From: an uncultured Acidimicrobiaceae bacterium
GTDB taxonomy: Bacteria; Actinomycetota; Acidimicrobiia; Spongiisociales; UBA5794
Reading direction: 5' to 3'
Assembly: GCA_964387145.1 (NCBI GenBank)
Contig: CAYLVM010000004.1
Span: 2,796 to 54,734 of the forward strand
DNA length: 51,939 nt
A program made the translations under genes and the position numbers. A model generated the notes under the pieces. It was not told the DNA's origin. It made no database searches and saw nothing but the letters and a program-made list of their open reading frames with translations. Numbering within the stretch: position 1 is the stretch's first letter; each line of letters begins with the position of its first letter. This document shows positions 47,763 to 51,939 of this stretch, in pieces.

Positions 47763-49205
47763 GTGAGAGCCGTCGTGGTCGGTGCGGGTGCAAGTGCCCG
47801 CGAACTCATCAGGCGACTCGGCGACAGCTGGAGTGTCGTCGTGGTCGACACCGACGCGGATCGGTTCGGTGAGATCGCTGCGATTCGTGACGTCGATACC
47901 GTCATGGGGGACGGTTCGAGTTCCATCGTCTTGAAGCAGGCTGGGATCGAAGGCGCCGTTGCCGTGGTCGCTGCTACGAGCTCTGACGATGTGAACCTGG
48001 AAGTGTCGAGACTTGCAAGAGATGCCGGCGTCGAACAGGTGATCGCGCTTGCGAGAGACCCTGAGCGTATGGAGGAGTACCGCGAGCTCGGCGTCGACGT
48101 GATAAGCCCTGCCAGACTCGCAGCGCGGGGCATGGAGATCGCAATGGAGCCTCGCAAGTTGGCCTCCACGACGTTTGCAGATGGTCGCGCAGAAGCCATC
48201 GAGTTCGAGATCGCCCCGGACTCACCGGTGCAGGGCAAGGCATTGAAGGAGATCCACTCGGAGCTTTGGGTCGTGGCGGCGATCCTGCGAGATGGCAGAC
48301 TGGTGGTTCCCCACGGCAACACCCGCCTCTTGACAGGCGACAAGGTGACGGTGGTCGGCTCCGCGACAGATTTCGCTCAGGTCGTCCGAACGTTCGCTGG
48401 AGGGATCTCACGATTCCCGCTCAACTTCGGCCGGAAGGTTGTCGTTCCACTCGGAAGCGAGACCGATCGCGCAACGGCCGTCGAGGAGGCGGCATACTTC
48501 GTACGGAACTCGAACGCTGTTGAGCTGGTCGTCGTTCATCGGGATCCCGAGGAGATCAAGAATCAGACGGAGGCCGATGAGCTCACCCGGTTGGTCGGGA
48601 CACTCGATGCCGAGGCACTCGGTGTTGAGATAGATGTCAGGCCCGTTCGCGGAGACTTGCTCCGTGCCTCCGTCTCGATCGCTTCAGAGGAGAGTGTCGG
48701 TACGATCGTCGTCGGGCTGCCGACCCGATCGGCGGTGCGCCCGTACGCGAATATTCCGTCGCTCCTGAACAGTCTTTCTGCTGGGAACGTCCCCGTCCTT
48801 CTCACCCGTGGCGACACGAAGTTCAGTACGATCGTCGCTCCCGCCCGACGCACCGTCTCGGGCGACGTAGCCGGTCGGGCTGCGATCGACATTGCAAAGC
48901 GTGCCGGAACCAGGGTCATCGGTGTTGCAGTAGCCAGCCCGGTGTTCATGGGGCGCGATGATCTCAAGGAGAAGCGAGCAGCAACTGCCTGGCTCCGACG
49001 TGAGGCCGCCGTACAGGATGTCGAGGTCGAGCGTCACGTCGTGCGTGGAAACCCGGTCAAGGTCCTTGCCTCCGTGACGAGACCGGACACGCTGCTCGTT
49101 GTGTCGATGCCACCGATCCCCGTGAGTCGATTCAACCCCGGTCTCGCCGTATGGGCGGCGGCACGTGGAGAGGGATCGGTGCTGTTCGTACCGGTGTCGG
49201 AGTGA
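47763..49205 (+). CDS. TrkA-like RCK_N/RCK_C protein with C-terminal USP-like domains
   Basis: VVGAG Rossmann start, GDGS, SPVQGKALKEI..AILR.G..P.G (RCK_C); VVVPLGS and VRGNP USP-like segments. Confidence 0.8.
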   Translation: MRAVVVGAGASARELIRRLGDSWSVVVVDTDADRFGEIAAIRDVDTVMGDGSSSIVLKQAGIEGAVAVVAATSSDDVNLEVSRLARDAGVEQVIALARDPERMEEYRELGVDVISPARLAARGMEIAMEPRKLASTTFADGRAEAIEFEIAPDSPVQGKALKEIHSELWVVAAILRDGRLVVPHGNTRLLTGDKVTVVGSATDFAQVVRTFAGGISRFPLNFGRKVVVPLGSETDRATAVEEAAYFVRNSNAVELVVVHRDPEEIKNQTEADELTRLVGTLDAEALGVEIDVRPVRGDLLRASVSIASEESVGTIVVGLPTRSAVRPYANIPSLLNSLSAGNVPVLLTRGDTKFSTIVAPARRTVSGDVAGRAAIDIAKRAGTRVIGVAVASPVFMGRDDLKEKRAATAWLRREAAVQDVEVERHVVRGNPVKVLASVTRPDTLLVVSMPPIPVSRFNPGLAVWAAARGEGSVLFVPVSE

Positions 49206-49206
49206 C

Positions 49207-50439
49207 ATGTCGATCGTGATCTCTGTGGTCACTGAAAGCGTTCTCCCGAACGCTACGACGTTCATCGTCATCGGGTTCGCCGCATTCCTGCTTCCGCTGC
49301 TCGCACGACGAATCGGGTTACCTGCCGTCGTGCTCGAGATCCTGTTCGGACTCCTCATCGGTCCCCAGGTCCTCGGTCTGATCGCAGCCGAGTCGACATC
49401 GGAGGGATTCGTTCTCGTTCTCGCCGAACTCGGGTTGTTCCTGCTCATGTTCCTTGCGGGGTTCGAGATCAACTTCACATCACTCGAGCGGGAGGGCCGG
49501 GGGCCGATCGTTGCGGGCATCGTGGCCTACGTCATCGTGGTGGCCCTGGCCTGGGTCGGCTTCGGTTTCCTCGATCTCGCCACGTTCAACGCACGTGTCT
49601 TCCTGACATTGCTCGTGTCGGCTGCATCGGTCGGCATCATCGTCCCTGCGTTGCGAGCGACGAATCGATCCGGTTCACGTCAGGGCCAGATCACGATGGT
49701 CGTGGGCATCCTCGCCGAGTTCATCGCAGCGACGGGAATCATCGTGTTCGCCGTCTGGGTGAAGAACGGTTGGGGAATCGAGATGCTGGCCGTGCCGTTG
49801 TTCGCTGTCATTCTCCTCGTTTCCCTATGGCTGATGCGTCGCCTGGCGTGGTGGTATCCAGAGAAGGCTGAAAGGTTGTTCGCATCCAATGACCCGGACG
49901 AACTCGGCATCCGCTTCTCGTTCGCACTGTTGTTCGTGTTCATTGGACTGTCCCTCGCACTCGGCATGGATCCGATTCTCGGGGCGTTCATGGCGGGCGC
50001 GATCTTCGCTTTCGTGTTCCGCGACTCGGGAGATCTCGAGGAGCGGCTCTCGGGCTTCGCGTACGGATTTCTCATCCCCATCTTCTTCATCTCCGTTGGC
50101 GTTCGGTTCCCGCTCGACGCGCTTGCCGACACCACTGTGCTTGTGACTGCTCTCGGGATCATCGTCGTGGCGATCGGTGCGAAGCTCCTTCCCTCACCGT
50201 TGCTGATGCTGCGCGGCCTCTCGTTCAGAGACAGCATCGGTGCCGGGGTGTTGCTCGCAGGTCAGCTGAGTGTCATCATCGCTCTCGCCGAGGTGGGTGT
50301 GGCGATCGAGGTGATCGACGAAGGTCTCGCAGCAGGTGCAGTACTCCTCGTCGGGGTGACTGCGATCCTTTCTCCTGTGCTCTTCAAGGTGCTGTCACCG
50401 CCGCTCGAGCCGGAACCGGCCAGCCACTACGGAGGGTGA
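49207..50439 (+). CDS. Cation:proton antiporter (CPA2)
   Basis: LAELG..LLMFLAGFE, LGAFMAG and FLIPIFF motifs. Confidence 0.9.
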   Translation: MSIVISVVTESVLPNATTFIVIGFAAFLLPLLARRIGLPAVVLEILFGLLIGPQVLGLIAAESTSEGFVLVLAELGLFLLMFLAGFEINFTSLEREGRGPIVAGIVAYVIVVALAWVGFGFLDLATFNARVFLTLLVSAASVGIIVPALRATNRSGSRQGQITMVVGILAEFIAATGIIVFAVWVKNGWGIEMLAVPLFAVILLVSLWLMRRLAWWYPEKAERLFASNDPDELGIRFSFALLFVFIGLSLALGMDPILGAFMAGAIFAFVFRDSGDLEERLSGFAYGFLIPIFFISVGVRFPLDALADTTVLVTALGIIVVAIGAKLLPSPLLMLRGLSFRDSIGAGVLLAGQLSVIIALAEVGVAIEVIDEGLAAGAVLLVGVTAILSPVLFKVLSPPLEPEPASHYGG

Positions 50440-50621
50440 CGTTGGGTGATGCACCACGCCGCCGGCGCGATGTGGAGGACGTGAAGAGACGTATCGAGGA
50501 TGGAACCTATCACCCGCGTGTCGAGGACGTTGCAGCCGCCATCCTCCGTGTCTGGAGTGGTCAGGAGACGGTCGATGCGTGGGAGTCTCAGCGACCTTCG
50601 GACGCATTGGACAGCGCCTGA
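50436..50621 (+). CDS. Small FlgM-like (anti-sigma-28 motif) protein
   Basis: VEDVKRRIEDGTY...EDVAAAIL resembles the FlgM C-terminal core; GTGA coupling with the antiporter; GGAGG precedes an alternative TTG at 50442. Confidence 0.55.
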   Translation: MTLGDAPRRRRDVEDVKRRIEDGTYHPRVEDVAAAILRVWSGQETVDAWESQRPSDALDSA

Positions 50622-51517
50622 TCAGCAAGCTCGAGACGTTGAGCAATGCGGGCGACGACGATGACGAGCACGAAGGCGCCGGCAGCGATGGCGATCGATG
50701 CCGGGATCTGGCCATCGGGTACACCGAGTACCGTGGAGTCGACGCCGAGCGGCCACGGCCACAGCACGCGCATCGACCCGGCCATCAACCCGATCAGCGC
50801 AGCGATCACCGCGTCATGGTGCAGCTGGAGCGCCTTGTGCAGCACCTGGGAGAAGAGGGCAAGGCCGATGATCGTCCCGAGGACGAAGACGCCGAGAGAG
50901 ACGAAGTCTCGGTCGGTGACGGCGCCGAGTACGGGCCCATACATCCCAAGGAGGATGAGGAGGAACGATCCCGAGATTCCCGGCAGGATCATGGCGCAGA
51001 TGGCGATCGCTCCCGCACCGAAGAACACCCACAGCGCAGGGTCTGTCAGCTGTGACACAGCGTTCTCGGTCGTTCCCGAGCGGAGCCCGAGGCCGACGAA
51101 GAGGACCAGCGCTACACCGACCATGATTGCAACGTGGCGACCGTTGACCCGCGGGATCATCTGCCACGTGACGACGATGGATCCTGCGACCAGGCCGACG
51201 AACAGGGATGCCATCAGTACTGCCTGCTCCAGCAGGAGCGTCTCGAGAACACCCGAGAGGAGAGCAACGGCAAGTAACAACCCACCGCCGAGTGGCAGGA
51301 TGAACACCCAGTCGATCCGGGCGAGCCACTTCCTCGTGCCGTTGATGTCTCCACGAATGAGGTGCCCCAACGTCGAGGAACCGGCGCGAACGGAGGCGAT
51401 CAAACGGTCGTAGATGCCGAAGATCAGAGCGATCGTCCCACCCGAGACGCCGGGAACGATGTCGGCTGCGCCCATGGTGAAGCCGCGGGCGAGCGAAAGG
51501 AGCACAGTGCGAAGCAT
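50588..51517 (-). CDS. DUF368 membrane protein (undecaprenyl phosphate translocase family)
   Basis: MGAADIVPGVSGGT and AMILPGISGS repeats; leaderless (TACACT-7nt-ATG). Confidence 0.93.
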   Translation of the reverse strand: MLRTVLLSLARGFTMGAADIVPGVSGGTIALIFGIYDRLIASVRAGSSTLGHLIRGDINGTRKWLARIDWVFILPLGGGLLLAVALLSGVLETLLLEQAVLMASLFVGLVAGSIVVTWQMIPRVNGRHVAIMVGVALVLFVGLGLRSGTTENAVSQLTDPALWVFFGAGAIAICAMILPGISGSFLLILLGMYGPVLGAVTDRDFVSLGVFVLGTIIGLALFSQVLHKALQLHHDAVIAALIGLMAGSMRVLWPWPLGVDSTVLGVPDGQIPASIAIAAGAFVLVIVVARIAQRLELADQALSNASEGR

Positions 51518-51562
51518 GGAGACGAGTGTAGGTTGGCGCGCCCGGACAGTGAGGGAGCGGTC

Positions 51563-51939
51563 ATGAGAGCGGTGATCCAGAGGGTACGTGGTGCAACCGT
51601 CACGGTCGATGGTGGCGAGGTAGCGTCGATCGACACGGGTCTGCTGGTGCTCGTAGGTGTCGTACCCGCCGACGTTCTCACGGACGCTGAGGTTCTGGCA
51701 CGCAAGCTGGCAACTCTGCGGATCTTCCCCGATGATGCAGGAAAGATGAACCTCTCGGTCATCGATGTCGAGGGGTCGGTGCTCGTGGTCTCCCAGTTCA
51801 CGCTCACTGGCGATGTTGGGAAGGGCAGGCGGCCGTCGTTCACCAAGGCTGCGCCTCCGGACCATGCAGCCACCGTCATCGATCACCTCGTAGCGACGGT
51901 GCGGGGTCTGGGGGTGCCGGTCGAGATCGGCCGCTTCGG
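51563..51939 (+). CDS. dtd: D-aminoacyl-tRNA deacylase (runs off the window end)
   Basis: Own translation: MRAVIQRV...RIFPDDAGKMN...SQFTL..D..KGRRPSF; absent from the ORF track. Confidence 0.95.
   Translation, partial: MRAVIQRVRGATVTVDGGEVASIDTGLLVLVGVVPADVLTDAEVLARKLATLRIFPDDAGKMNLSVIDVEGSVLVVSQFTLTGDVGKGRRPSFTKAAPPDHAATVIDHLVATVRGLGVPVEIGRF

Noticed and set aside
2699-51010. HIP1-like GCGATCGC and TCGA abundance
   Set aside because: The copies noticed lie in coding sequence and are explainable by GCG-ATC-GCN and ATC-GAN codon pairs; enrichment cannot be shown without a codon-aware model.

Overview
A high-GC, gene-dense chromosomal segment. Mycothiol (mca), F420 (cofC, F420-LLM), RamB-type and VanW genes plus many leaderless promoters suggest an actinobacterium, most plausibly Acidimicrobiia; this is inference, since no marker gene is present. 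From left to right: a degenerate tRNA-Glu 3' half plus terminator (probable att scar); an ECF sigma/META-domain/Kelch-lipoprotein module; a peroxiredoxin that the ORF track splits in two but that reads as one selenoprotein (in-frame TGA at the peroxidatic Cys position, followed by a bacterial SECIS hairpin); transporters; a ChoD-like oxidase; a stand-alone sugar ABC ATPase; an amino-acid ABC/VOC/cofC/PIG-L/saccharopine-dehydrogenase run; pyk; two tandem Ser-type VanW-PASTA proteins; mca; a dynamin-like GTPase pair; MscS; pruA; a structured intergenic element; a lipid-catabolism cluster; the glyoxylate shunt with a divergent RamB-like regulator; an RCK-USP/CPA2 antiporter operon ending in a tiny FlgM-like ORF; DUF368; and a partial dtd. 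No CRISPR array, rRNA, integrase or transposase was seen. All family calls come from motif recognition by eye, not database searches.
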